From assembly GCF_005080705.1 (NCBI RefSeq), contig NZ_CP032996.1, positions 120,001-152,000 of the forward strand: DNA of 32,000 nt, given 5' to 3'. The notes under the pieces were generated by a model. The model saw only the letters and a program-made list of their open reading frames with translations. It did not search any database and was not told the origin of the DNA. The position numbers were made by a program, and so were the translations under genes. This document shows, one piece after another, positions 10,368 to 19,696 of this stretch. Origin of the DNA: Buchnera aphidicola (Therioaphis trifolii). Lineage in GTDB: Bacteria; Pseudomonadota; Gammaproteobacteria; Enterobacterales; Enterobacteriaceae. The stretch's first letter is position 1. Each line of letters starts with the position of its first letter.

Positions 10368-11816
10368 ATGTTTATATTAAATCCTAAAGTAATGATTTTA
10401 ATTCCATTTCTTATTTTAATAACATCTATTATTTGTATTATTTTATCTATTATTTTCAAAAGGAATCATTTATTTTCTTTTTATATATCATTTTTTAGTT
10501 TAATATTTATTTTATTATCTTTTTTTTTTATTTATAAATATATTCCTATTTATTTTTCGACATTACTATGTATTAATTTTTATTCTATTATATATTTATA
10601 TATTATTATTTTTTCTAGTATTTTTACAATTTTCATTAATTATTTTTATTTACAAAAATATTTTTTTTATCAAGAAGAATTTTATTTATTAATTTTATCT
10701 TCTATTATTGGAGCTATTACTGTAATAGAAGCAAATCATATATTTATTATATTATTTGGAATAGAATTAATGTCATTTCCTATTTTAGGTTTAATGTTAT
10801 ATTCTTTAAAAAAACATACAAATATTAGAATAATATTAAAATATTTAATATTATCTAGTATTGTTACTATATTTTCATTTTTAGGAATTTCATTAATATA
10901 TTTGATATGTGGTAATTTAAATTTAAATAATATTAAAATTTCTTTTTTAATTAATGATATACAAAATAATAAAATTTTATTGATTGGTTTAGGATTATTA
11001 TTGATATCATTATTTTTTAAATTATCATTATTTCCATTTCATTTTTGGATTTCTGATATTTATAAAAATATATCTCCATTTTTATTAATGTATTCTACTA
11101 CAGTGATAAAAGTTGCAACTTTTTCAGTATTAATGAAAATTTTTATGTATATTCCTTATGAAAAATCTAAGGTATTATATTTAATAATAGAATTAATTTC
11201 TATATCTTCTATTATTTTTGGTAGTTTTATGACAGTATTTCAAAATAATATAAAAAAATTATTTGGTTATTCTTCTATTGTACATATGGGTTATATTTTA
11301 ATTACCTTATTTTCAATAAATAATTATCATTTTAATAATAGTATCGCATTAATTTATTTAATAAATTATACTATAAGTAATATTGGAATATTTAGTTTAT
11401 TAAGTTTATTATTATTACTAGATCATAATACAAATTTTAATTTAAATAATTTATTTGTTTATAATTTTGTTTTATGGAAAAAAATTATTTTTCATATTTC
11501 TGTTTTTATTATTATTTTTTCTTTTTTATCTATTCCATTTACATTTGGTTTTATTTCTAAATTTTGTATTTTTTTTATTATTTTATATGCAAAATTATGG
11601 ATGATATTATATGCTATTTTAATTAATTCTGGATTTTCTATATATTATTATTTAAAAATTATATTAAATTTATATAGAAATAATTTATCAAAGAATATTT
11701 CAAATAAAAAATCATATACAGTAATTCAAATATTTATTTTTTTAATTAGTATAATAATATTATTTATTGGAATTTATCCAAAAATTATTTTTGATTTTTT
11801 TAAAATAAAAATATAA
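10368..11816 (+). CDS. nuoN: NADH-quinone oxidoreductase subunit N (antiporter-like)
   Basis: 482 aa. FKLSLFPFHFWISDIY and LFGYSSIVHMGYIL match NuoN (FKLSLVPFHLWTPDVY, LLGYSSISHLGYLL). It occupies the last position in the operon, with AAGG upstream. Confidence 0.9.
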   Translation: MFILNPKVMILIPFLILITSIICIILSIIFKRNHLFSFYISFFSLIFILLSFFFIYKYIPIYFSTLLCINFYSIIYLYIIIFSSIFTIFINYFYLQKYFFYQEEFYLLILSSIIGAITVIEANHIFIILFGIELMSFPILGLMLYSLKKHTNIRIILKYLILSSIVTIFSFLGISLIYLICGNLNLNNIKISFLINDIQNNKILLIGLGLLLISLFFKLSLFPFHFWISDIYKNISPFLLMYSTTVIKVATFSVLMKIFMYIPYEKSKVLYLIIELISISSIIFGSFMTVFQNNIKKLFGYSSIVHMGYILITLFSINNYHFNNSIALIYLINYTISNIGIFSLLSLLLLLDHNTNFNLNNLFVYNFVLWKKIIFHISVFIIIFSFLSIPFTFGFISKFCIFFIILYAKLWMILYAILINSGFSIYYYLKIILNLYRNNLSKNISNKKSYTVIQIFIFLISIIILFIGIYPKIIFDFFKIKI

Positions 11817-11874
11817 TTATTTATTATTACATATAATATTTTAATATATTAATAATTAATAATAGATATATTTT

Positions 11875-13146
11875 ATGAAAAAATATTTTTTTAATGAAGA
11901 TATATTATTAATAAAATGGTTAAAATATATTAAAAAAAATTGTAAAAAAAAATATAATTTTTCTATGTTTAATATTATAAAAGTTGCAAAAAAATTAAAT
12001 ATATTAAAATTATCTTCTTTTGTTATTACAGTATCTGGAACAAATGGTAAAGGTAGTACATGTGCTATTTTGGAAAGATGTTTTTTAAATTCTGGTTATA
12101 CAGTAGGATTATATACTTCACCTCATTTATTTAATTATTATGAAAGAATACGGATAAATGGAAAATATATAAAAAAATCTTTTATGCATATTAATGCATT
12201 TTTAAAAGTAGAGTTAGCTAGAAAAAATAATCAATTAACATATTTTGAATTTATTACTCTTTCTGCATTATTATTATTTAAAGAAAGAAATTTAAATGTT
12301 ATTATTTTAGAAGTAGGTTTAGGTGGTAGATTAGATGCAACAAATATTATTAATCCAAATATAGCTATTATTACGAATATTGGTTTAGATCATACATCTA
12401 TTTTAGGAAATAGTAGAGATGATATAGGATATGAAAAATCAGGAATATTTCGTAAAGGTATAAAAGTTATTATTGGAGATGATAATATTCCTAATTCAAT
12501 TTATAAAATGGCATATATTTTTAAAGTGATTTTATATCGAAAAAATTATGAATGGAATTGGTATGAATTGAAAAATTATTGGAATTTTTATGATCAATAT
12601 GGAATATTAAATAATATTCCTATTCCTAAAGTTTCTTTTTTAAGTGCTGCCATTGCAATAGCAGCATTAAGAGTTTCTTCTTTTAAAATTGATAAAAATG
12701 TTATTTTAAAATCTATTAATACAGTTTTTTTAATGGGTAGATTTCAGATTATTTATAAAAAACCTATTATTATAGTTGATGTTGCACATAATTCAGATGC
12801 AACTTTTTATTTATCACAGAGGTTAAAAAAATTACTTTATATTAAAGGTAATATTAAATTATATGCTTTAATTGGTATGTTATCTAAGAAAGATATTAAG
12901 GGTACTATTTCTAGTTTAATTAATATTATTGATTATTGGTATTATACTATTTTAAATACTCATCAAACAGCTACAATAAATGATTTAAAAAAACATTTAC
13001 CAAAAAATGCTATTTATTGCATTAGTGTAAAAAAAGCATTATATCAATTAATTCAAAAAGTTCAAAAAAATGATATTATTTTAATATTTGGTTCATTTTT
13101 TACTGTTTCTGAAGCAATAACAGCAATGCGTACCTTAAATTTGTAA
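11875..13146 (+). CDS. folC: bifunctional folylpolyglutamate synthase / dihydrofolate synthase
   Basis: 423 aa. VSGTNGKGST P-loop, YTSPHL, LEVGLGGRLDATNI, GLDHTSILG, GRFQI and DVAHN are collinear with E. coli FolC. Confidence 0.93.
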   Translation: MKKYFFNEDILLIKWLKYIKKNCKKKYNFSMFNIIKVAKKLNILKLSSFVITVSGTNGKGSTCAILERCFLNSGYTVGLYTSPHLFNYYERIRINGKYIKKSFMHINAFLKVELARKNNQLTYFEFITLSALLLFKERNLNVIILEVGLGGRLDATNIINPNIAIITNIGLDHTSILGNSRDDIGYEKSGIFRKGIKVIIGDDNIPNSIYKMAYIFKVILYRKNYEWNWYELKNYWNFYDQYGILNNIPIPKVSFLSAAIAIAALRVSSFKIDKNVILKSINTVFLMGRFQIIYKKPIIIVDVAHNSDATFYLSQRLKKLLYIKGNIKLYALIGMLSKKDIKGTISSLINIIDYWYYTILNTHQTATINDLKKHLPKNAIYCISVKKALYQLIQKVQKNDIILIFGSFFTVSEAITAMRTLNL

Positions 13147-13161
13147 TATTTATTTAGTATT

Positions 13162-14139
13162 TTATTTTTTTAAATTAAAATTTGTATATTTTTTATATTC
13201 AAACATTGCTGAAATTGATTCTTCATGACTAATTCTTCTAATTGCTTCTGCCAACATTGTTGATAATGTTAATGTTCTTACTTTTTTTTGTTTTTGTATT
13301 TCTTTTGATAATGGAATAGTATCACATACAATTATTTCATCAATATATTTTTTTTGAATATTTTTTAAAATATTTCCAGAAAAAACAGGATGTGTTGCAT
13401 AAGCAAATACTTTTTTTGCTCCATGGTTTTTTAATGCCTGTGCAGCTTTACATAAAGTGCCTCCTGTATCAATCATATCATCTACTAAGATACAGTTTCT
13501 ATTTTCAACATCTCCAATAATATTCATAACTTGAGCAATATTTTTTCTTGGTCTTCGTTTATCTATTATTGCCATATCAGAATCATGTAATAATTTAGCA
13601 ATAGCTCGTGCTCTGATTACCCCCCCTATATCAGGTGATACAATAATTGGATCTTTTAAATTTAATTTTAACATGTCTTCTAATAAAACAAAACTTCCAA
13701 ATACATTATCTACTGGTACATCAAAAAAACCTTGTATTTGTTCTGCATGTAAATCTACTGTTAAAATACGATCAATTCCTACATTAGATAAAAAATCTGC
13801 AACTATTTTTGCTGTTATTGGTACTCTTGTTGATCTAACTCTTCGGTCTTGTCTAGCATATCCAAAATAAGGAATTACTGCTGTGATTCTTCCAGCTGAT
13901 GCCCGTCTTAAAGCATCTATAATTACTGCTAATTCAATAATATTATCATTAGTAGGATAACATGTAGATTGAATTATAAATATGTCATATCCTCGAACAT
14001 TTTCATTAATTTTTACACTAATTTCTCCATCACTAAAACGATTTACTGTTGCATTTCCAAGATTACTATATAGTTTATTTGCAATTAATTTTGATAATAT
14101 TGGAATAGAATTACCAGAAAATATTTTCATATTTAACAT
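13162..14139 (-). CDS. prs: ribose-phosphate pyrophosphokinase
   Basis: Near-identical blocks to E. coli Prs include [57 protein letters not shown] and [19 protein letters not shown]. Homologues begin at the second Met (MKIF..., nt 14130), so the true start may be 14130. Confidence 0.95.
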   Translation of the reverse strand: MLNMKIFSGNSIPILSKLIANKLYSNLGNATVNRFSDGEISVKINENVRGYDIFIIQSTCYPTNDNIIELAVIIDALRRASAGRITAVIPYFGYARQDRRVRSTRVPITAKIVADFLSNVGIDRILTVDLHAEQIQGFFDVPVDNVFGSFVLLEDMLKLNLKDPIIVSPDIGGVIRARAIAKLLHDSDMAIIDKRRPRKNIAQVMNIIGDVENRNCILVDDMIDTGGTLCKAAQALKNHGAKKVFAYATHPVFSGNILKNIQKKYIDEIIVCDTIPLSKEIQKQKKVRTLTLSTMLAEAIRRISHEESISAMFEYKKYTNFNLKK

Positions 14140-14320
14140 AAAAATCTCATATATGATTTTTTAAAGAATATATCTTTATTTTTATAATTATATTTATTAT
14201 TATAAAATAATATTAATTTATAATATATGTATTTATATTAAAAGATAATAAAATTATAATAGAAAATTAAATTTTTATAAATATTATTTAAATAATTTAA
14301 TTAATATAGGAATAATAAAT

Positions 14321-15397
14321 TTGAAAAAATCTATTATAGATAAATTAGAAAAATTACAAATTAAATTAACTAGACTTGAAAAATTATTATCTTCTAAAAA
14401 AATAATTTCTAATCAAAAAAAATTAAAAAAATATTCAAAAGAACATTTAAAATTATTTAATTTAATTTCTATATTTTTAAAATGGAAAAAAATAAAAAAA
14501 GAAATAAAATCAACAAAAATTTTATTAAATGATCCTGATATGTTTGAAATAGCACAAGATGAATTAAAAATATTAAATCTTGAAAAAATTACTTTAAAAA
14601 ATAAAATTAAAACAATGCTTTTACCGGATGATTTTAATAATATAAAGAGTTGTTTTATTGAAATTAGAGCTGCAACAGGAGGTGATGAAGCGGCAATATT
14701 TGCTGGTGATTTATTTAGAATGTATGGTAAATATGCAGAATATAATAATTGGGATACAGAAATAATAAGTAGTCATGAAGGAGAAAAAGGTGGATTTAAA
14801 GAAATTATTTTAAAAATTACTGGATTAGGATCATGTAGTAAATTAAAGTTTGAATCTGGTGGGCATCGTGTTCAACGTATACCCCAAACAGAATCTCAAG
14901 GTAGAATTCATACTTCAACTTGTACTGTAGCTGTAATTCCAGAAGTACAATCATCAATAAAAACTGTAATTAATAATTCTGATTTAAAAATTGATACTTT
15001 TCGTTCTTCTGGAGCTGGGGGACAACATGTTAATACTACTGATTCTGCAATTCGAATTACTCATATTCCTACAGGAACAGTAGTAGAATGTCAAGATGAA
15101 CGTTCGCAACATAAAAATAAATCTAAAGCAATGTCTATTTTATATTCTAGAATTCATGCTAATAAAATTAAAAAACAAAATCAAAAAAATTCTCTTATTC
15201 GAAAAAATTTATTAGGAACAGGAGATCGTTCAGATCGAAATAGAACATATAATTTTCCAAAAAATAGAGTAACTGATCATCGTATTAATTTAAGTTTATA
15301 TTGCTTAAATGACATTTTAAATGGTAATTTAGATATTTTAATTACTCCAATAATGCAAGAATATAATACAAAATTATTATTACAAATTGTAAAATAA
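14321..15397 (+). CDS. prfA: peptide chain release factor 1
   Basis: 358 aa. It is collinear with E. coli RF1 from residue 1 ([12 protein letters not shown] vs MKPSIVAKLEAL). Motifs are [20 protein letters not shown] and the GGQ loop [19 protein letters not shown]. The start is TTG with AGGA about 9 nt upstream. Confidence 0.95.
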   Translation: MKKSIIDKLEKLQIKLTRLEKLLSSKKIISNQKKLKKYSKEHLKLFNLISIFLKWKKIKKEIKSTKILLNDPDMFEIAQDELKILNLEKITLKNKIKTMLLPDDFNNIKSCFIEIRAATGGDEAAIFAGDLFRMYGKYAEYNNWDTEIISSHEGEKGGFKEIILKITGLGSCSKLKFESGGHRVQRIPQTESQGRIHTSTCTVAVIPEVQSSIKTVINNSDLKIDTFRSSGAGGQHVNTTDSAIRITHIPTGTVVECQDERSQHKNKSKAMSILYSRIHANKIKKQNQKNSLIRKNLLGTGDRSDRNRTYNFPKNRVTDHRINLSLYCLNDILNGNLDILITPIMQEYNTKLLLQIVK

Positions 15398-15403
15398 ATA
15401 ATT

Positions 15404-16231
15404 ATGAAGATTTATTCTTTAATAGATTATGCAGTAAAAATATTATATAATTATGATACTCCTCGATTAGATGCAGAATTATTATTGAGTTATGTTATAA
15501 AAAAAACAAGAACTTGGATTAATATTTTTAATAATTTTGAATTAACAAATAAACAAGTGGTATTATTTAAGAAATTATTATTTCGTCGATTAAATGGTGA
15601 ACCAATTGCTTATATAATTAATAAAAAAGAATTTTGGTCTTTATCATTTTTTGTTTCAAAATATACTTTAATTCCAAGACCAGAAACAGAAATTTTAGTT
15701 TATCATGCCTTAAATTTATTAAATAAAAAAGATTTTATTTTAGATTTAGGTACAGGATGCGGAGCTATATCTTTATCTATAGCATTTGAAATGTTAACAT
15801 GTAAAGTTTTTGGTATTGATAATAATCATCAAGCAATTAAAATTGCAAAAAAAAATGCAAAAAAATTAAATATAAAAAATGCTTATTTTTTTTATAGTAA
15901 TTGGTTTTCTTGTATTAAAGAAAAATTTAATTTAATTGTTAGTAATCCACCTTATTTATGTAAAAATGAAAAATTTTATATTTCACAAGAATTATTTTTT
16001 GAACCTTATAATTCTTTATTTGCAAAAAAAAATGGTATATCAGAAATTGAATATATTATTCATCATTCTCAAAAATATTTATTTGTATATGGATGGTTAT
16101 TAATAGAACATGGATGGAATCAAAAAAATATTGTTCAAAAAATATTTAAAAAAAATAATTTTTATAATATTAGATCTTATAAAGATTATTTAGGTTATAA
16201 TAGAATAACATTAGGTCAAAAAAAATATTAA
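15404..16231 (+). CDS. prmC: release factor glutamine N5-methyltransferase
   Basis: 275 aa. EPIAYI..KEFWSL.F.V, LIPRPETE, LDLGTGCGAI and the NPPY motif (SNPPYL). It lies immediately downstream of prfA, as in E. coli. Confidence 0.92.
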   Translation: MKIYSLIDYAVKILYNYDTPRLDAELLLSYVIKKTRTWINIFNNFELTNKQVVLFKKLLFRRLNGEPIAYIINKKEFWSLSFFVSKYTLIPRPETEILVYHALNLLNKKDFILDLGTGCGAISLSIAFEMLTCKVFGIDNNHQAIKIAKKNAKKLNIKNAYFFYSNWFSCIKEKFNLIVSNPPYLCKNEKFYISQELFFEPYNSLFAKKNGISEIEYIIHHSQKYLFVYGWLLIEHGWNQKNIVQKIFKKNNFYNIRSYKDYLGYNRITLGQKKY

Positions 16232-16305
16232 TTTATAATATATTATATAAATTTAATATTTAATTAATTTTTTATTTTTTTTAAATTGAAAGTTAGGTAT
16301 ATTTT

Positions 16306-17511
16306 ATGTTAAATAATTTGGTTTTAGTATTAAATTGTGGTAGTTCATCTTTAAAATTTTCAATTTTAGATCCTAAAAATTCTAAAAAATATTTATTTGG
16401 ATTAGTTGATCGTTTATATTTATCTAATTCTTATATCATTTGGTTTGAGAATAAAATAAAAAAAAAAATACTTATTGGAGATTATATTTCTCATATCAAA
16501 TCTTTAAAATTTATTATAAAAATTATTATTAATAATAAAAATAATTTAATTTCAAAAATTAAATATATAGGACATCGTGTTGTTCATGGTGGAGAAAAAT
16601 TTATTAAACCAATTATTATTAATGATATTGTAATAAAAGAAATTAAAAAAAATAGTATTTTTGCTCCTTTACATAATCCAATTAATTTATTAGGAATTGA
16701 TGCTGCCATTAAATATTTTCCAAAATTAAGAAAAAATAATGTTGCTGTTTTTGATACCTCTTTTTATCATAATATTCCAGAATTTGCATATTTATACGCA
16801 ATACCTTATAAATTTTATAAAAAGTATCGTATTAGACGTTATGGAGCACATGGAATTAGTCATTATTATATTTCTAAAAGAACATCTAAAATTTTAAATA
16901 TTAAATTAAATAATTTAAATGTTATTACTTGTCATTTAGGTGGAGGTTCATCAATTAGTGCTATTCGAAATGGTATTTGTGTAGATACATCTATGGGTTT
17001 AACACCATTAGAGGGTTTAGTTATGGGAACTAGAAGTGGTGATATAGATCCTTCAATAATATTTTTTATGCATAATATTTTAGGAAAAGATATAAATGAA
17101 ATTCAAAAAATTTTAATTAATCAATCTGGTATTTTAGGTTTAACAAATGGTATTACTAGTGATTTTCGAGATATTGAAAAAACATATTATTCTAATATTG
17201 AATCATATCGAGCTGTAAATGTTTTTTGTTATAGATTATCTAAATATATTAGTGCATATACTTCTACTTTAAATGGAAAATTAGATGCTATTATATTTAC
17301 AGGTGGAATTGGTGAAAATTCTGCTTTAGTTCGTGAATTAACCTTATCAAAATTAAAATTAATAGGTGTAGAAATTAATAATATTTTAAATTATCAAAAA
17401 CATTCACAAGATTATTTTTTTATTAATAAAAATAATACTATTCCAATATTAGTTATTTCAACTGATGAAGAATTAGTAATTGCAAAAGAAACAAAAAAAT
17501 TATTTTTATAA
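16306..17511 (+). CDS. ackA: acetate kinase
   Basis: 401 aa. VLVLNCGSSSLKF, IGHRVVHGGEKF, FAPLHNP, VAVFDTSF, RRYGAHGISH, LTPLEGLVMGTRSGDIDPSIIF, FTGGIGENSALVRE and STDEELVIA match E. coli AckA. Confidence 0.96.
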   Translation: MLNNLVLVLNCGSSSLKFSILDPKNSKKYLFGLVDRLYLSNSYIIWFENKIKKKILIGDYISHIKSLKFIIKIIINNKNNLISKIKYIGHRVVHGGEKFIKPIIINDIVIKEIKKNSIFAPLHNPINLLGIDAAIKYFPKLRKNNVAVFDTSFYHNIPEFAYLYAIPYKFYKKYRIRRYGAHGISHYYISKRTSKILNIKLNNLNVITCHLGGGSSISAIRNGICVDTSMGLTPLEGLVMGTRSGDIDPSIIFFMHNILGKDINEIQKILINQSGILGLTNGITSDFRDIEKTYYSNIESYRAVNVFCYRLSKYISAYTSTLNGKLDAIIFTGGIGENSALVRELTLSKLKLIGVEINNILNYQKHSQDYFFINKNNTIPILVISTDEELVIAKETKKLFL

Positions 17512-17584
17512 TTTTAATTATTTATAAATAATAATTAATTATAATATAATTATATTATTAACAATTATTTTTAGGAATTTTTTT

Positions 17585-19672
17585 GTGACAAGAACTATTA
17601 TGGTAATTCCATTAGGAAATAGTTTTGGACTAACATCTGTTATTTTAAGTTTAGTAAAATTATTTTATCCTAAGAAGAAAATTATTTTTTTTAAACCTTT
17701 TCCTGATTCTTCTCATAATATTTATAATACTACTTATATTTTAAAAAAATATTTTTCTATTTCTTCTATTCAACCTATTTTACATGAAAAAGAAAAATTT
17801 TTATCAAAAAAAATATATATTAAAAAAATTATTAAAGATAATTTAGAATTATATTATTCATATAAAAAAAAATATGATATTATTCTTATTGAAGGTAAAA
17901 AAAATAATAATAATAATTATTATATTCATAATTTAAATATAATATTTTCTAATAAAATTAATGTTGAATTATTATTTTATAATTCTAATAATAATATTTC
18001 TCATTTTATTCAACAAATTGAATTTTATAAAAAAAATAATATATTTAATAATATTTTAGGTATTATTAATAATTTTTGTAATTCTAATTGCAAGTTATAT
18101 AATAATATTATTTTTAAAAAAGAATATTTTGATAAATATATATTTTATAAAAATAAAATTAATTTAATAAATATTCCATGGAATAAAAAATTAATATTTT
18201 TTCCAATACATGAAATATTTAAATCTATTAAAATAATAAATAAGATAAAACAAGAATATAATATACATTTAATAAAATCATTTATTTTATATAAAAAACA
18301 ATTATTAAATAATTTTATTTATATAAATAATTTTTCTATATTATTTTCTTCAAATATTTTTATTCAAAAATATGATAAATTTGTAAAATTTATATTAAAT
18401 AATAATATTTTTCATTCTATTATATTTACAAATTGTAATAAATATAACATATGCATTTTAAAAAAAATAAAGAAAAAATATAATATTCATATTCCATTTT
18501 TTTACACTATTTTAATATTTAGAAAAGTAATGAATATTATTAAAAATTTTAATATTAATTCTTTAAAAAATGATCAAATATTAATTAAATATATTACTAA
18601 TTATATTAGTAAATATATTAATAAAATTATTTTTTTAGATAATTCATTTAAAAATAAAATTATTCATACTCATTATTCTTCTATTTTATTTAAAAAAAAT
18701 TTAATAGAAAAAGCAAGAAATATTAATTGTAATATTTTGTTACCTGAAGGAAATGAAGAGCGTATTATACATGCTGCAAATATAATATCAAATTTAAATA
18801 TTGCACATTGTACATTATTAGGAAATTCTAATATTATATATAATATTGCTAAAAATAATAAAATAAATATTTCAAAAAATATTACGATTATTAATCCAAC
18901 AGATATTTATCAAGATTATATTGAGAAATTATTTTTATTAAGATCTCACAAAGGAATGAATTTAAAATCAGCTAAACATCTTGTTCAAGATAATATGATT
19001 TTAGGATCATTATTATTACGTTATGGTCAAGTAGATGGAATGGTTTGTGGTATTAAATATACTACTGCTGATGTTTTACGTACTGCTATACAAATAATTG
19101 GGATAAAAGATACTGAAAAAAAATATTTTAACTCTTTAGTATCATCTTCTTTTTTTATGTTATTAAAAGATCGAGTTTTAATATATAGTGATTGTGCTGT
19201 AAATATTAATCCTAATATACATCAATTAGCTAATATTGCCATTGAAACTGCTAATTTATCTATGTTATTTAATATAAAACCTAAAATAGCTATGCTTTCT
19301 TATTCGACCGGGTGTTCCGGGTCTGGTGATACAGTTGAAAAAGTTAAACATGCTACTAATTTAGTCAAAAAAATAAAACCAAATTTTATTATTGATGGTC
19401 CTATTCAATATGATGCAGCAAGTAATATAGTAATTTCAAATATTAAAGCCCCATTATCTCCTTTAAAAGGAAACGCAAATATTTTTATTTTTCCTGATTT
19501 AAATTCTGGAAATATTACTTATAAAGCTGTTCAACAATCTGCAAATGCATATTCTATTGGTCCTATTTTACAAGGTTTAAATAGACCAGTTAATGATTTA
19601 TCTCGAGGAGCAACGATTGATGATATTGTATATACTATTCTTGTTACAATTATTCAATCAAATATTAGTTAA
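17585..19672 (+). CDS. pta: phosphate acetyltransferase (long, three-domain form)
   Basis: 695 aa with a GTG start and AGGA upstream. The N-terminus TRTIMVIPLGNSFGLTSV aligns with E. coli SRIIMLIPTGTSVGLTSV. The C-terminal catalytic half (LLPEGNEERI..., DGMVCG, YSDCAVNINP, MLSYSTGCSGSGD, FIFPDLNSGNITYKAVQ, RPVNDLSRGATIDDIVYTI) is strongly conserved. Confidence 0.94.
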   Translation: MTRTIMVIPLGNSFGLTSVILSLVKLFYPKKKIIFFKPFPDSSHNIYNTTYILKKYFSISSIQPILHEKEKFLSKKIYIKKIIKDNLELYYSYKKKYDIILIEGKKNNNNNYYIHNLNIIFSNKINVELLFYNSNNNISHFIQQIEFYKKNNIFNNILGIINNFCNSNCKLYNNIIFKKEYFDKYIFYKNKINLINIPWNKKLIFFPIHEIFKSIKIINKIKQEYNIHLIKSFILYKKQLLNNFIYINNFSILFSSNIFIQKYDKFVKFILNNNIFHSIIFTNCNKYNICILKKIKKKYNIHIPFFYTILIFRKVMNIIKNFNINSLKNDQILIKYITNYISKYINKIIFLDNSFKNKIIHTHYSSILFKKNLIEKARNINCNILLPEGNEERIIHAANIISNLNIAHCTLLGNSNIIYNIAKNNKINISKNITIINPTDIYQDYIEKLFLLRSHKGMNLKSAKHLVQDNMILGSLLLRYGQVDGMVCGIKYTTADVLRTAIQIIGIKDTEKKYFNSLVSSSFFMLLKDRVLIYSDCAVNINPNIHQLANIAIETANLSMLFNIKPKIAMLSYSTGCSGSGDTVEKVKHATNLVKKIKPNFIIDGPIQYDAASNIVISNIKAPLSPLKGNANIFIFPDLNSGNITYKAVQQSANAYSIGPILQGLNRPVNDLSRGATIDDIVYTILVTIIQSNIS

Positions 19673-19696
19673 TTTTATATTTTTTATTTTTATGAA

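Noticed and set aside
13673-14164. Two plus-strand ORFs (13673..13870 and 13982..14164) overlapping prs.
   Set aside because: Both are antisense to highly conserved prs and have no recognisable motifs or ribosome-binding sites. They are typical shadow ORFs.
19308-19322. A locally G/C-rich direct repeat CCGGGT-GTT-CCGGGT inside pta.
   Set aside because: It encodes the conserved Pta catalytic motif STGCSGSG. The G/C richness reflects amino-acid constraint, not a site or repeat element.
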